Part shown: one piece after another, positions 46,696 to 55,694 of the stretch
Position numbering within the stretch: position 1 is the stretch's first letter
Layout: each line of letters starts with the position of its first letter
Source of the DNA: a bacterium
Lineage (GTDB): Bacteria > Chloroflexota > Dormibacteria > Aeolococcales > Bog-877
Assembly (NCBI GenBank): GCA_021801645.1
Contig: JAJYXT010000051.1
Coordinates: 1,451 to 65,450 of the forward strand
Direction of reading: 5' to 3'
Length of the DNA stretch: 64,000 nt
Notes under the pieces: model-generated
What the model saw: only the letters and a program-made list of their open reading frames with translations
The model's database searches: none
What the model was told of the DNA's origin: nothing
Translations under genes and position numbers: made by a program

Positions 46696-47838
46696 TCAGA
46701 AGGGCAGGTCGTCATAGATCGAGCCCCGCTCCCGCCGCCGGCGCAGCGGCTCGTCCGGATGCACCATCTCCACCACCCGGCTGGGGTGGGTCGCCGCCCC
46801 CGGTACCCGCCACCGCTCCGCTCCCCTGCCCTGCCGACGCTCCGGGCGGCGCGCCGGGCGGCGCTCCTGGCGGTGGGACGCGGTGGGGCGGGTTCTCGTG
46901 GCGGACACCCGGCGTTCGGTGCGGGGGCTGGCGGCCAGCGCGTCTGAGAGCCGGGAGGCCACCTCCCGGCGGACCCTCCGATACGCCCAGCGCTCGGCCC
47001 GTCCCAGTGTGTCCCGGTAGAGGGCCAGGAAGAGCAGGATCGCGGTCATCCCCGCCGCCACGGCCCAGCCCCTCACCGTCGAGAGGAGGGTCCCCTGCCT
47101 TGCGGCCTTCAGTCGGGCCGCCGCCTGGCGGGCCTGGGCCGCCTGGTAGGCGAGCTGCTGGGCGTGGATGGTTTGGATCTGGGGGGCGAAGGCCAGCACC
47201 CCGTCGTAGATCCCCTGGGCCAGCGCCTGACGGAAACCGGGCTCAGCCAGCAGCTCGGAGTCCTTCTGGTTGCTCATGAACCCGGATTCGATGGTGACAG
47301 TGGGCATGGTGGCGTGCACCCACAGCTGAGGTAGCGGCTGAATCCCCCGGTTGCCCATCCCGTATGGAGCGATCGTCTTGCCCATGGCCTCGTCGATCGC
47401 CTGGGCGAAGGGGGTGTCGGAGGAGTGCGGGGTGAAGACGGTCACCCCCTCCAGGCTGGCGGTGCTCCAGTCGTTCACCCAGAGGCTCACGAAGACGTTG
47501 GCGTGGTTTTTCTCGGCGACCGCCTCCATGCCGGCGATGCTCACGTAGGTGTCGGTGGTCCGGCTCATCACCACCTTGACCCCCTCTGCCTCCAGGAGGG
47601 CCCGGAGGTCCAAGCCGACGGAGAGGGTGACGTTCTTCTCCTCAAGCCCGTTGTAGGGCGACACCGCCCCCGGGTCATAGCCTCCGTGCCCCGGGGCTAT
47701 GGCCACCACGTAGGGGGTCGGCGGGGCCTTGGGAGCCGACGGGGCGGCCGCCACCGGCATGAGGGCGAAAAGCGACCAGGCTCCGAGGCCCAGGGCCAAG
47801 GCGAGGATGTGGAGAAGACGGTGGGGCCCGCTGCGCAT
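46696..47838 (-). CDS. N-acetylmuramoyl-L-alanine amidase (Amidase_3) with a C-terminal TM anchor and a basic cytoplasmic tail
   Basis: Trimmed to the ATG at 47836-47838 (signal/TM LLHILALALGLGAWSLFALMPVAAA). IAPGHGGYDPGA, NVFVSLWVN and TIESGFMSN are Amidase_3 motifs. A later TM (WAVAAGMTAILLFLALY) precedes an Arg-rich tail of about 100 aa ending IYDDLPF. Confidence 0.8.
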   Translation of the reverse strand: MRSGPHRLLHILALALGLGAWSLFALMPVAAAPSAPKAPPTPYVVAIAPGHGGYDPGAVSPYNGLEEKNVTLSVGLDLRALLEAEGVKVVMSRTTDTYVSIAGMEAVAEKNHANVFVSLWVNDWSTASLEGVTVFTPHSSDTPFAQAIDEAMGKTIAPYGMGNRGIQPLPQLWVHATMPTVTIESGFMSNQKDSELLAEPGFRQALAQGIYDGVLAFAPQIQTIHAQQLAYQAAQARQAAARLKAARQGTLLSTVRGWAVAAGMTAILLFLALYRDTLGRAERWAYRRVRREVASRLSDALAASPRTERRVSATRTRPTASHRQERRPARRPERRQGRGAERWRVPGAATHPSRVVEMVHPDEPLRRRRERGSIYDDLPF

Positions 47839-47980
47839 GGCGCTCGGGAGAGTATAGACGCCAGTACCCGGGAGGAGGTGGCCAATGGCCTTGCAGCACC
47901 GCCGTCCGGATCTCAAGATGGGCAGCGAGACCGGGCCCCAGCCGGCTTTGAGCGATGGCGGCCCCGGAGGTGGGTGGGAG

Positions 47981-49375
47981 ATGGACATGGACGTCGAGGA
48001 TCCGGATCGGGCCTGGGGACAGCTGCCCAAGCCCAGCTATTGGCTCTCGCAGCCGGCCGGCCCCACTCGGGCGCCCCTGGAGGGGAACGTCTCCGCTGAC
48101 TTCGCCATCGTGGGTGGCGGCTTCACCGGTCTCTGGTCGGCGATCCGCCTTGCCGAGGCGGTGCCCGGCGCCAGGATCGTGGTCCTGGAGGCGCGGCAGG
48201 TCGGCTTCGGCGCCAGCGGCCGGAACGGTGGGTTCGCCATGACCATGGTGGGGCGCAACATCCATGACCTGGTGCGCAAGGTCGGGCCCGCCGCCGCGCG
48301 CCGCGTCCACCTGGAGATGGTGGCTGCCCTGGGGGAGATCGAGCGCTTCTGCGCCGACGAGTCCATCGACTGCCAGCTGAGCCATCCCGGGATCCTCACG
48401 GTCTCCAACGGGCCGGAACAGGACGTGCGTATCGAACAGGACCTGCGCGCGGCGCGACTCTGCGGCCTGGACGACTTCCGAGAGGTCACGGGGCCCGAGT
48501 GCTGGGAGATGGTCAGGGCGTACGGGGTGCGGAGGGGCCACTTCGAGGAGCACGGACTGCTGGTCGACCCGGCGGCGCTGGCCCGCGGCCTCCGGGATGC
48601 CGCCGAGCGCCGGGGGGTCACGGTGTTCGAGTCAACCCCGGTGACGAGCCTGGATGCCCGCCCCTACCGGGTGCAGCTGTCCACCCCGCAGGGCCGGGTG
48701 GACAGCCGGCAGGCGCTGGTGGCCACCAACGCCTATGCCCAGGTGGTGCCCCAGCTGCGGCGCTACCTCTTCACCGTCTGTGCCTACATCACCCTCTCGG
48801 CACCTCTGTCCCCGGAGCAATGGGCAAGAGTCGGGTGGAGCAGCGGGATGGGCATCGAGGACAAGCGCATCATGCCCCACTTCCATCGTCCAACCGCCGA
48901 CGGGCGGATCCTCTGGGGAGGGAGGGACGCCCCCCTCGTCGCCGGCCCCCCGGACCCGGGCCGGGACTCCGACCCCCGCATCTTCCAGAGGCTGGAGGAG
49001 ACCTTCCGTCAGACCTTCCCCCAGCTCCCCGACGTGCGCCTGGAGCACGGATGGGGCGGTCCGGTGGGAGGCACGGTCTCCTGCATACCTCACGCCGGGT
49101 GGCTGGCGCGGGGCCGGGTTCTGTACGCCCTGGGGTACTCCGGTCACGGGGTGGGGCCGTCCGCCCTCATGGCCAAGGTGGCGAGGGATCTGCTCCTGGG
49201 CCGGGAGACTCCGCTCACCAAGCTCCCCCTGGTCACCAGGCGGCTCACCCCTCTGCCTCCCCCGCCGCTGCAGGCCAAGGTGCTGGAGCTGTCGCAGCGG
49301 GTCCTGCAGCGGTCGGACGACCGAGGTGGGCCGAGGGGGCCGCTGGCTGGCCTGGCCCTCCGCCTCCTGCAGTGA
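47981..49375 (+). CDS. FAD-dependent oxidoreductase (DAO family)
   Basis: Trimmed to the ATG at 47981. The dinucleotide motif is DFAIVGGGFTGLWSA. Length is about 464 aa. Confidence 0.75.
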   Translation: MDMDVEDPDRAWGQLPKPSYWLSQPAGPTRAPLEGNVSADFAIVGGGFTGLWSAIRLAEAVPGARIVVLEARQVGFGASGRNGGFAMTMVGRNIHDLVRKVGPAAARRVHLEMVAALGEIERFCADESIDCQLSHPGILTVSNGPEQDVRIEQDLRAARLCGLDDFREVTGPECWEMVRAYGVRRGHFEEHGLLVDPAALARGLRDAAERRGVTVFESTPVTSLDARPYRVQLSTPQGRVDSRQALVATNAYAQVVPQLRRYLFTVCAYITLSAPLSPEQWARVGWSSGMGIEDKRIMPHFHRPTADGRILWGGRDAPLVAGPPDPGRDSDPRIFQRLEETFRQTFPQLPDVRLEHGWGGPVGGTVSCIPHAGWLARGRVLYALGYSGHGVGPSALMAKVARDLLLGRETPLTKLPLVTRRLTPLPPPPLQAKVLELSQRVLQRSDDRGGPRGPLAGLALRLLQ

Positions 49376-49406
49376 GCGTAAGTGCCGGCGCGGCCCGGGG
49401 GCCGCG

Positions 49407-50267
49407 TTGAGCTTCGGGCTGGCCGCCGCTGCCGCCCTCCTACTCGGACTCGCGGCCGCGGCGCAGCAGCGCTCCGCCCGCGCCCAGCCTCCCCACCGCC
49501 CGCTGAGCGTCCTGCTGGTCTGGGACCTCGTCCGAGACCGCGTCTGGCTCCTGGCGGTGGTGCTGATGGTCCTCGCCTATGGCCTCCAGGCCGCCGCCCT
49601 CGGAGAGGGGCAGCTGGCGCTGGTGGAGCCGATCCTCAGTGGCTACCTGGTGGTGGCACTACTGGCGGGAGCCGTCCTGGCGCGCCGCCTCATGACCATC
49701 GCCGAGCTCGCCGCCGCGCTGGCAGCCAGCTCCGGAATCGCCCTGTTCCTGCTTCAGCTGAGTCCGGGACGGGGAGCCAGGGCGGCCCCGGGCCGGAGCT
49801 GGGCGGAGATCCTGCTCCTGCTGGGCCTGCTGCTCCTGGCGGCCCTGCCCCTGATCTGGCGGACCGCAGGTTCGGGGCGGGCGGTGGTTCTGGGGACACT
49901 GGCGGGCCTCACGCTGGGCGTCTCCGACGCCCTCACCAAGCAGACCATCGCGGTGGTGGCCACCGACCGCCTCGGCTCGCTGGCCACCTGGGAGCCGTAC
50001 CTCCTGCTGGTGGTGGGAGCGCTGGGATTCCTGCTGCAGCAGAGCGCCTACCACGCCGGCCCGCTCAGCTCCGGCCTGCCCCCGCTCAGCGTCCTAGAGC
50101 CGGTATCAGGCACCGTTCTGGGGCTGCTCGCCTTCCATGAGGCGGTCGCTCCCGGTGCCTCCTCACCGCTCCTCCTGGGAGCGGTTGCCCTGATGTTCTG
50201 GGGAGTCCAGCGGCTGGCTCGGTCCGACCTGGTCGCCGCTCTGCCCCGGGCGCCCGTCGACGGCTGA
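49407..50267 (+). CDS. DMT-like polytopic membrane protein
   Basis: Trimmed from the 537-aa track ORF to the TTG at 49407 (start uncertain). It has about 9 hydrophobic segments and Ala/Leu-rich helices. Confidence 0.5.
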   Translation: MSFGLAAAAALLLGLAAAAQQRSARAQPPHRPLSVLLVWDLVRDRVWLLAVVLMVLAYGLQAAALGEGQLALVEPILSGYLVVALLAGAVLARRLMTIAELAAALAASSGIALFLLQLSPGRGARAAPGRSWAEILLLLGLLLLAALPLIWRTAGSGRAVVLGTLAGLTLGVSDALTKQTIAVVATDRLGSLATWEPYLLLVVGALGFLLQQSAYHAGPLSSGLPPLSVLEPVSGTVLGLLAFHEAVAPGASSPLLLGAVALMFWGVQRLARSDLVAALPRAPVDG

Positions 50268-50276
50268 GCCGTCCGG

Positions 50277-50639
50277 TCAGACGCCGCCCTCACGGGATCG
50301 CAGCACGCAGAACTCGTTGCCCTCCGGGTCTCGCATCACCACCCAGGTGACGTCCGGCCCCTGGCCAATGTCCGCGCGGGTCGCCCCCAGCCCCTCCAGC
50401 CGCTCCACCTCCCGATCCCGGTCGTCCGGGTTGAGATCCAGGTGGAGCCGGTTCTTCACCGTCTTGGCCTCCGGCACGGGAACGAAGATCAGCGCCGGGT
50501 AGGTGTCCTCGTCCCGGGCCACCACCACCTCATCAGGGGCCTCGTACACCACCTGGTAGTCGAGCGCCCTGGCCCAGAACTCCGCCAGCCGCCGCGGCTC
50601 GTGGGAGTCCACCACCACTGTGTAGAGACGGGACGGCAT
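50277..50639 (-). CDS. VOC-family (glyoxalase/bleomycin resistance-like) protein
   Basis: Trimmed to the ATG at 50637-50639. LAEFWARALDY, RLHLDL and MRDPEGNEFCV are present. Confidence 0.75.
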   Translation of the reverse strand: MPSRLYTVVVDSHEPRRLAEFWARALDYQVVYEAPDEVVVARDEDTYPALIFVPVPEAKTVKNRLHLDLNPDDRDREVERLEGLGATRADIGQGPDVTWVVMRDPEGNEFCVLRSREGGV

Positions 50640-50644
50640 CGGCG

Positions 50645-51523
50645 TCAGCCCAGCAGCTGGCGGTCCAGCTCCCGCCACTCCGCCAGCGGCACGACCAAAG
50701 GGTCACCGGTCAGGACCTGGATGGCCACATGGTCGGCGCCCGCCTGCAGGTGCTCACGAAGGCGTTGGGCCACCACCTCGGCGCTGCCGTGGGCGACGAT
50801 GGCGTCCACCAGGCGGTCGCTCCCCCCTCCTTCGCAGTCGGCCTCGGAGAAGCCCAGCCGCAGCAGGTTCTGGCGGTAATTGGGCAGCCTGAGATAGGCG
50901 CCGGTATGGCGGCGCGCCACCTCCCGGGCCGAGCGGGGGTCGGGGTCCATGACCACCGCCTGCTCCGGGCAGAGCAGCTTCCCCGGCCCCATGATCCTTC
51001 GGGCCAGCTCGGTGTGGGAAACCGGCACGAAGTAGGGGTGGGCGCCGTCGGCCCTCTCCGCGGCCAGCTCCAGCATCCGGGGGCCGAGGGCCGCCAGCAC
51101 CCTGATGGGTGACTCGGCCGGAGCGGGCGACTCGTACCGGGCCTGGTCCATCGCGTCCAGGTAGGCGCGCATCGCCGAGTAGGGCCGGTCGTACCGATGG
51201 CCCCGAGTGTCCACCAGCGGCACGTGGCTCACCCCCAGGCCGAGCAGGAATCGGGCGGGGTAGGCCTCCGCCAGGGTTAACTGCCCGGCCCGCATGGCCT
51301 GGGCGTCGCGGGCCCAGATGTTGGCGATCCCGGTGGCCACCACGAGGCGGCTGGAGGCGGAGAGGAAGAGAGCCGAGTTGGCGAACGGCTCGCGCCGGAA
51401 CGCCTCCCCAACCCAGAGGGCGGAGAGGCGGGTCCGGTCAAGCTCGGCGACCGCCTGCCGCACCGTGGCGGCCGGCTGGCGATCCAGCGCCGAGGTCCAG
51501 ATCCCGAAGCGCCCCAGCTCCAC
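50645..51523 (-). CDS. LLM-class F420-dependent oxidoreductase
   Basis: MELGRFGIWTSALD...LWVGEAF...GIANIWARD fits the luciferase-like monooxygenase F420 subfamily pattern. Confidence 0.75.
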   Translation of the reverse strand: MELGRFGIWTSALDRQPAATVRQAVAELDRTRLSALWVGEAFRREPFANSALFLSASSRLVVATGIANIWARDAQAMRAGQLTLAEAYPARFLLGLGVSHVPLVDTRGHRYDRPYSAMRAYLDAMDQARYESPAPAESPIRVLAALGPRMLELAAERADGAHPYFVPVSHTELARRIMGPGKLLCPEQAVVMDPDPRSAREVARRHTGAYLRLPNYRQNLLRLGFSEADCEGGGSDRLVDAIVAHGSAEVVAQRLREHLQAGADHVAIQVLTGDPLVVPLAEWRELDRQLLG

Positions 51524-51532
51524 CGGGCCAGC

Positions 51533-51913
51533 TTAAGGGACGGGGGGCCCAGCCGGGGCAGGGCTCATGGTTGAGCGAAATTGCTGGTACGCCTCCCAGG
51601 CCCTGGGCCCGTAGACGGTGGCCGGGCCACCGTCCAGGAGGACGGTGATCCCGATCATCTCGGCCACCTCCTCGGGGGTGGCACCGCGGCGGGCGGCACC
51701 CCGGGCATGCGAGGCGATGCAGCCGTCGCAGCGCTTGACGATGGAGACCGCCAGGGCGATCAGCTCCTTGTGGCGCTGGCTTAGCGCCCCCTCCCCCAGC
51801 GCCGCCCGGTGCATCGCCGCGTACGAGGACCAGACATCGGGGATCCGCGCCCTGAGCTGAGCGACCGGGCCGGCCAGGTCCGACAGCACCTCCTGGTAGT
51901 CCACCTTGCTCAT
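51533..51913 (-). CDS. Carboxymuconolactone decarboxylase (AhpD-like) family protein
   Basis: Trimmed to the ATG at 51911-51913 (MSKVDYQE). A CDGCIASH motif is present. Confidence 0.75.
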   Translation of the reverse strand: MSKVDYQEVLSDLAGPVAQLRARIPDVWSSYAAMHRAALGEGALSQRHKELIALAVSIVKRCDGCIASHARGAARRGATPEEVAEMIGITVLLDGGPATVYGPRAWEAYQQFRSTMSPAPAGPPVP

Positions 51914-51928
51914 CCCAAACCTCCCACA

Positions 51929-52729
51929 ATGTCCGGCCTGCATCCCCGGAGCGGCCGGTGCCACAATGCCGCCGTGTGCTACGCCGATGATGCCCTACCG
52001 CCGTTCCCTCCTGTCAGGGGGGCGGCCCCGGATGGAGAGAGGCTGGTCCTCACCTCGGCCGACGGGACCTCCTTCTCGGCCTACGGTGCCCGGGCCGAGG
52101 GGCCGGATCCTGCGGGGATCGTGATCCTCCCGGACGTCCGGGGGCTGCACCACTTCTACGAGGAGCTGGCTCTGCGGTTTGCGGAGGCCGGGGTGACGGC
52201 GGTGGCCATCGACTACTTCGGGCGCACCGCCGGGCACGAGCCCCGGGATGACAGCTTCGAGTTCCGCCCCCATGTGGAGCGGACCACGCCCGAGCAGGTC
52301 GCGCAGGACACCGGGGCCGCGGTGGCCTGGCTGCGCGCGCATGATGGGGGCGGGGTCCGCGACGTCTTCACCGTGGGCTTCTGCTTCGGAGGCAGCAACT
52401 CCTGGAACCAGGCGGCCTTCGGCCACCGCCTCTCGGGCTGCATCGGCTTCTACGGCCAGCCCCAGCGCACCGAGCCATTCCTGGCGAGGTTGCGGGCGCC
52501 GCTGCTGCTGCTGATCGCCGGCGCCGACTTCACCCCGGCCGAGGCCTACGCGCGGTTCGCGGAGGAGCTCAGAGAGGCCGGCGTCGAGTTCGAGCAGCAC
52601 ACGTATCCAGGCGCACCGCACAGCTTCTTCGACCGGACCTTCGCCGAGCACCAGGAGGCTTGCGCCGACGCCTGGACCAGGATGCTCGACTTCATCGTCC
52701 GGCACCGCGGCTCCCAGGCCGCTGGGTAG
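51929..52729 (+). CDS. Dienelactone hydrolase family protein
   Basis: Trimmed to the ATG at 51929. The nucleophile elbow is VGFCFGGS (Cys-type), then IVILPDVRGL and YPGAPHSF. Confidence 0.75.
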   Translation: MSGLHPRSGRCHNAAVCYADDALPPFPPVRGAAPDGERLVLTSADGTSFSAYGARAEGPDPAGIVILPDVRGLHHFYEELALRFAEAGVTAVAIDYFGRTAGHEPRDDSFEFRPHVERTTPEQVAQDTGAAVAWLRAHDGGGVRDVFTVGFCFGGSNSWNQAAFGHRLSGCIGFYGQPQRTEPFLARLRAPLLLLIAGADFTPAEAYARFAEELREAGVEFEQHTYPGAPHSFFDRTFAEHQEACADAWTRMLDFIVRHRGSQAAG

Positions 52730-52759
52730 CCTCGGGCCGAGCGCAGTCGCTCGGTAGCC

Positions 52760-53449
52760 ATGAAGGCCCGGACGTGGGTCGAGACGGTGGGCGTGGGACG
52801 GCGGTCGGCCGAGCCCGACGGCCTAGAGCTGCTGCTGGAGATGAGCTGCCGGGAGGCCAAGGTGGCGGATGCGCTGAGCCGGCTGGCGGCGGCCACGGGC
52901 CGCCTCGCAACCGTCTTTGAGAGCCAGGGGATTCCCGCTTCGGACCGCCGCACCCGCGCGCTAAACGTGGACCCGTGGCACGGTCGGTCCGGGGAGCTGC
53001 TGGGCCATCTGGCCCGGCGCGCCACGCTGGTGCGGCTGCGCGAACTCGACCAGGTGGGGCGGCTCCTCATCGCCGCCGGTGACCTCGGAGATGGGCTCCA
53101 GATCAGCCAGCTGCACTGGACCTCGTCTAGGGCCCCGGAGTACCGGGTCGAGGCGCGCCAACTCGCGGTCCGGGATGCGCTGGCTCGGGCCTCACAGATG
53201 GCCGGCGCCGCCGGGTTGGTTCCGGGCCAGGTGGTTCGCCTCGAGGAGCTGCAGGATTCCGGTGGCTTTACAGTTCACCGTGGCCAGCGGTTCCTGGCCG
53301 CCTCGGCCGGGCCCGCTCAGCTCGAGCTGGAGCCGGGGGAGCTGGAATACACAGTCCAGGTGCGGCTCAGGTGCCGACTCCGTCAGGCCGACTCCGGTGC
53401 GCCCGGAAGGCGCCGCCGGAGAGGACCGGCACCTCCAGGGAGACGTTGA
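52760..53449 (+). CDS. SIMPL (DUF541)-like protein
   Basis: The pattern TVGVGRRSAEPDGLELLLEM...GIPASDRRTRALNVDP...ARDALARASQMAGAAG resembles SIMPL domains. The Arg/Pro-rich C-terminal 27 aa overlap the convergent gene. Confidence 0.45.
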   Translation: MKARTWVETVGVGRRSAEPDGLELLLEMSCREAKVADALSRLAAATGRLATVFESQGIPASDRRTRALNVDPWHGRSGELLGHLARRATLVRLRELDQVGRLLIAAGDLGDGLQISQLHWTSSRAPEYRVEARQLAVRDALARASQMAGAAGLVPGQVVRLEELQDSGGFTVHRGQRFLAASAGPAQLELEPGELEYTVQVRLRCRLRQADSGAPGRRRRRGPAPPGRR

Positions 53450-54203
53450 GGGCCGCGGCCCAATCGATCTCCTCCCCGTACCCGCGACCCGCCTGCTCCC
53501 TTCCGGACACCGCCTCGGTCAGGGTCCGTCTCAGCCCCCGGCGCCGGGCCCAGAGGTAGGCCTGGGCCGCCGCCCCGGCCTCGGGCGAGCGCCGGCGCCG
53601 GCGCAGCCCGTCCACGATGGCCCCCGCCCCGACCAGGTCCTCCAGCGCAGGGTCCAGACCGCCATCCGGCCACCGCTCGCCGGCGGGAACCACGGAGATC
53701 CGCCGCCCCAGCCGGCGGGCCAGGCGGCTGACCGCGGCGGCGTTGCGGAGGCAGCCGGCCAGCACCAGCACGCCGGTCGCGCCCGCGGCCGCCGCCACGG
53801 CGGAGCCGTTGGGTGAGGGCAGGACGATCGAGCTGCCGCGGGGCGCCCGGTGAAGGGTGGCCGGCGAGAGCGAGTACGGGTGCTCGGCGTCGACCCGGGA
53901 CCGCCGGACCGCCAGCTGGGCGCCCAGTCCCGCCGCCATCTCTGCCGCCGCCCCCGGGTCCCAGGGGGAGGGATGGACCTCACAGCCCCGGTCCACGGCG
54001 ACGCTGACGGCGGTCGAGAAGGTGATCAAGTCCACCACCACCAGGACGTCCGAGCTGGGGGCTAGCGCCAGGGCACCGTCCAGCCCCCAGCCGAGGCGCA
54101 CTGAGAAGCCTGAGGGGTCGGCCAGAGCCGCCACCCGGTCCTGTCCGAACTGCCGCGCGGAGGAAGGTCTGCTGCTCACATCGCAAGCTTGCCGGATCGG
54201 CAC
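53367..54203 (-). CDS. 2-phosphosulfolactate phosphatase (ComB) family protein
   Basis: VLVVVDLITFSTAVSVAV, SLSPATL, LPSPNGSAV, GCLRNAAAV and VVPAGERW...PALEDLVGAGAIV follow the ComB family layout. The start may be the internal GTG at 54101. Confidence 0.6.
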   Translation of the reverse strand: MPIRQACDVSSRPSSARQFGQDRVAALADPSGFSVRLGWGLDGALALAPSSDVLVVVDLITFSTAVSVAVDRGCEVHPSPWDPGAAAEMAAGLGAQLAVRRSRVDAEHPYSLSPATLHRAPRGSSIVLPSPNGSAVAAAAGATGVLVLAGCLRNAAAVSRLARRLGRRISVVPAGERWPDGGLDPALEDLVGAGAIVDGLRRRRRSPEAGAAAQAYLWARRRGLRRTLTEAVSGREQAGRGYGEEIDWAAALNVSLEVPVLSGGAFRAHRSRPDGVGT

Positions 54204-54292
54204 CGGGACAGCGGCGAGGCGGGGGCCGCACCGCCCTTGGCTATAGTGAGACCCATGTCGACGCCCTCACCAGTCGGCTTGGCGGAGTCCTC

Positions 54293-55687
54293 TTGACCCT
54301 TCCCTCCACCGTTGGCGAGCTGCGCGGCAGCGAGTACCGGGTCCGCAGCGTGCGAGAGGAGCTGCGCGACAACCTGGTGGCCCGCCTGAGGGCCGGTGAG
54401 CCGGCCTTCCCCGGGCTGGTCGGGTACGAGGACTCGGTCCTTCCCCAGGTGGAAAACGCCATTCTCGCCGGCCAGGACCTCATCTTCCTGGGGGAGCGCG
54501 GGCAGGCCAAGTCGCGGCTGATCCGGGCCCTTGCCGGTCTGCTGGACGAGCGGATCCCGGCGATCTCCGGTAGCGAGGTCAACGACCATCCCTACTCCCC
54601 TATCAGCCGCTTCGGGAGGGAGCTCCTGGCGGAGCGCGGTGACGCCACCCCCATCACCTGGCTGGACCGGGAGCGGCGCTTCGCCGAGAAGCTGGCCACC
54701 CCCGACACTTCCATCGCCGACCTGATCGGCGAGGTCGACCCCATCAAGGTGGCCGAGGGGAGGTATCTCGCCGACGAGTACACGATCCACTACGGGCTGC
54801 TGCCCCGGGTGAACCGTGGGATCTTCGCGGTCAACGAACTCCCGGACCTGGCCGAACGTATCCAGGTCGGATTGCTCAACATCATGGAGGAGCGGGACAT
54901 CCAGATCCGGGGCTTCTTGGTCCGGCTGCCCCTGGACGTCCTGGTGGTGGCCACCGCCAACCCCGAGGACTACACCAACCGGGGCCGGATCATCACCCCC
55001 CTCAAGGACCGCTTCGGGGCCCAGGTGCGCACCCACTACCCCAGGACGGCGGAGCAGGAGGTGGAGATCGTGCGCCAGGAGCAGGCTCCGTTCCAGGGTC
55101 TGCCGGTTGAGCTCCACCTGCCCCAGTACATGCGTGAGGTGGTGGCCGAGATCTCCCAGCTGGCCCGGCGCAATCCCCAGGTGAACCAGCGCTCCGGGGT
55201 GTCGGTGCGGCTGTCCATCGCCAACCAGGAGAGCCTCTGCGCCAACGCGGTGCGGCGGGCCATCCTGCTCCAGGAGCCGCTGGCGGTACCCCGGATCAGC
55301 GACCTGGGGGCCCTGGCCGCTTCCACCACCGGCAAGCTCGAGCTGGAGACCTGGGAGGAGGGGGAGGACGCGCAGCTGCTGTCCAAGCTGACCCGGGGCG
55401 CCGTTCAGAACGTATTCCGCCGCCACTTCTCGCTCGCCGAGTTCGCCCCCCTGCTGGCGCTCTTCGAGCAGGGGCTCTCGGTGGAGGTGGGCGAGATGCT
55501 GAGCTCAGCCGCCTACGCCGCCGCCGCCGCGCAGATCCCCGACACCACCCGTATCCTGGCCGACCTGGACGAGCCCCGGGAACCCGCCGCCGTGGCGGCG
55601 GCGCTGGAGCTGGTCCTGGAGGGACTGCACCTGGCCAAGCGGCTCAACAAGACGACGGTTGACGGGACCGCCGTGTACAACGGCTGA
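54293..55687 (+). CDS. ChlI/BchI-like AAA+ ATPase (often auto-annotated as sigma54-interaction-domain protein)
   Basis: TTG start. The Walker A-like motif is LIFLGERGQAKS and Walker B is GIFAVNELPDL. The sensor/arginine-finger region is VVATANPEDYTNRGRIITPLKDRFG. Confidence 0.75.
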   Translation: MTLPSTVGELRGSEYRVRSVREELRDNLVARLRAGEPAFPGLVGYEDSVLPQVENAILAGQDLIFLGERGQAKSRLIRALAGLLDERIPAISGSEVNDHPYSPISRFGRELLAERGDATPITWLDRERRFAEKLATPDTSIADLIGEVDPIKVAEGRYLADEYTIHYGLLPRVNRGIFAVNELPDLAERIQVGLLNIMEERDIQIRGFLVRLPLDVLVVATANPEDYTNRGRIITPLKDRFGAQVRTHYPRTAEQEVEIVRQEQAPFQGLPVELHLPQYMREVVAEISQLARRNPQVNQRSGVSVRLSIANQESLCANAVRRAILLQEPLAVPRISDLGALAASTTGKLELETWEEGEDAQLLSKLTRGAVQNVFRRHFSLAEFAPLLALFEQGLSVEVGEMLSSAAYAAAAAQIPDTTRILADLDEPREPAAVAAALELVLEGLHLAKRLNKTTVDGTAVYNG

Positions 55688-55694
55688 GGCGCAG

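Noticed and set aside
47839-47980. A possible cell-wall-hydrolase riboswitch (ydaO/c-di-AMP type) upstream of the amidase.
   Set aside because: The leader between the best -10 candidate (TATACT, 12 nt before the ATG) and the start codon is only a few nucleotides. I could not recognise the conserved ydaO segments. The region more likely holds divergent promoters.
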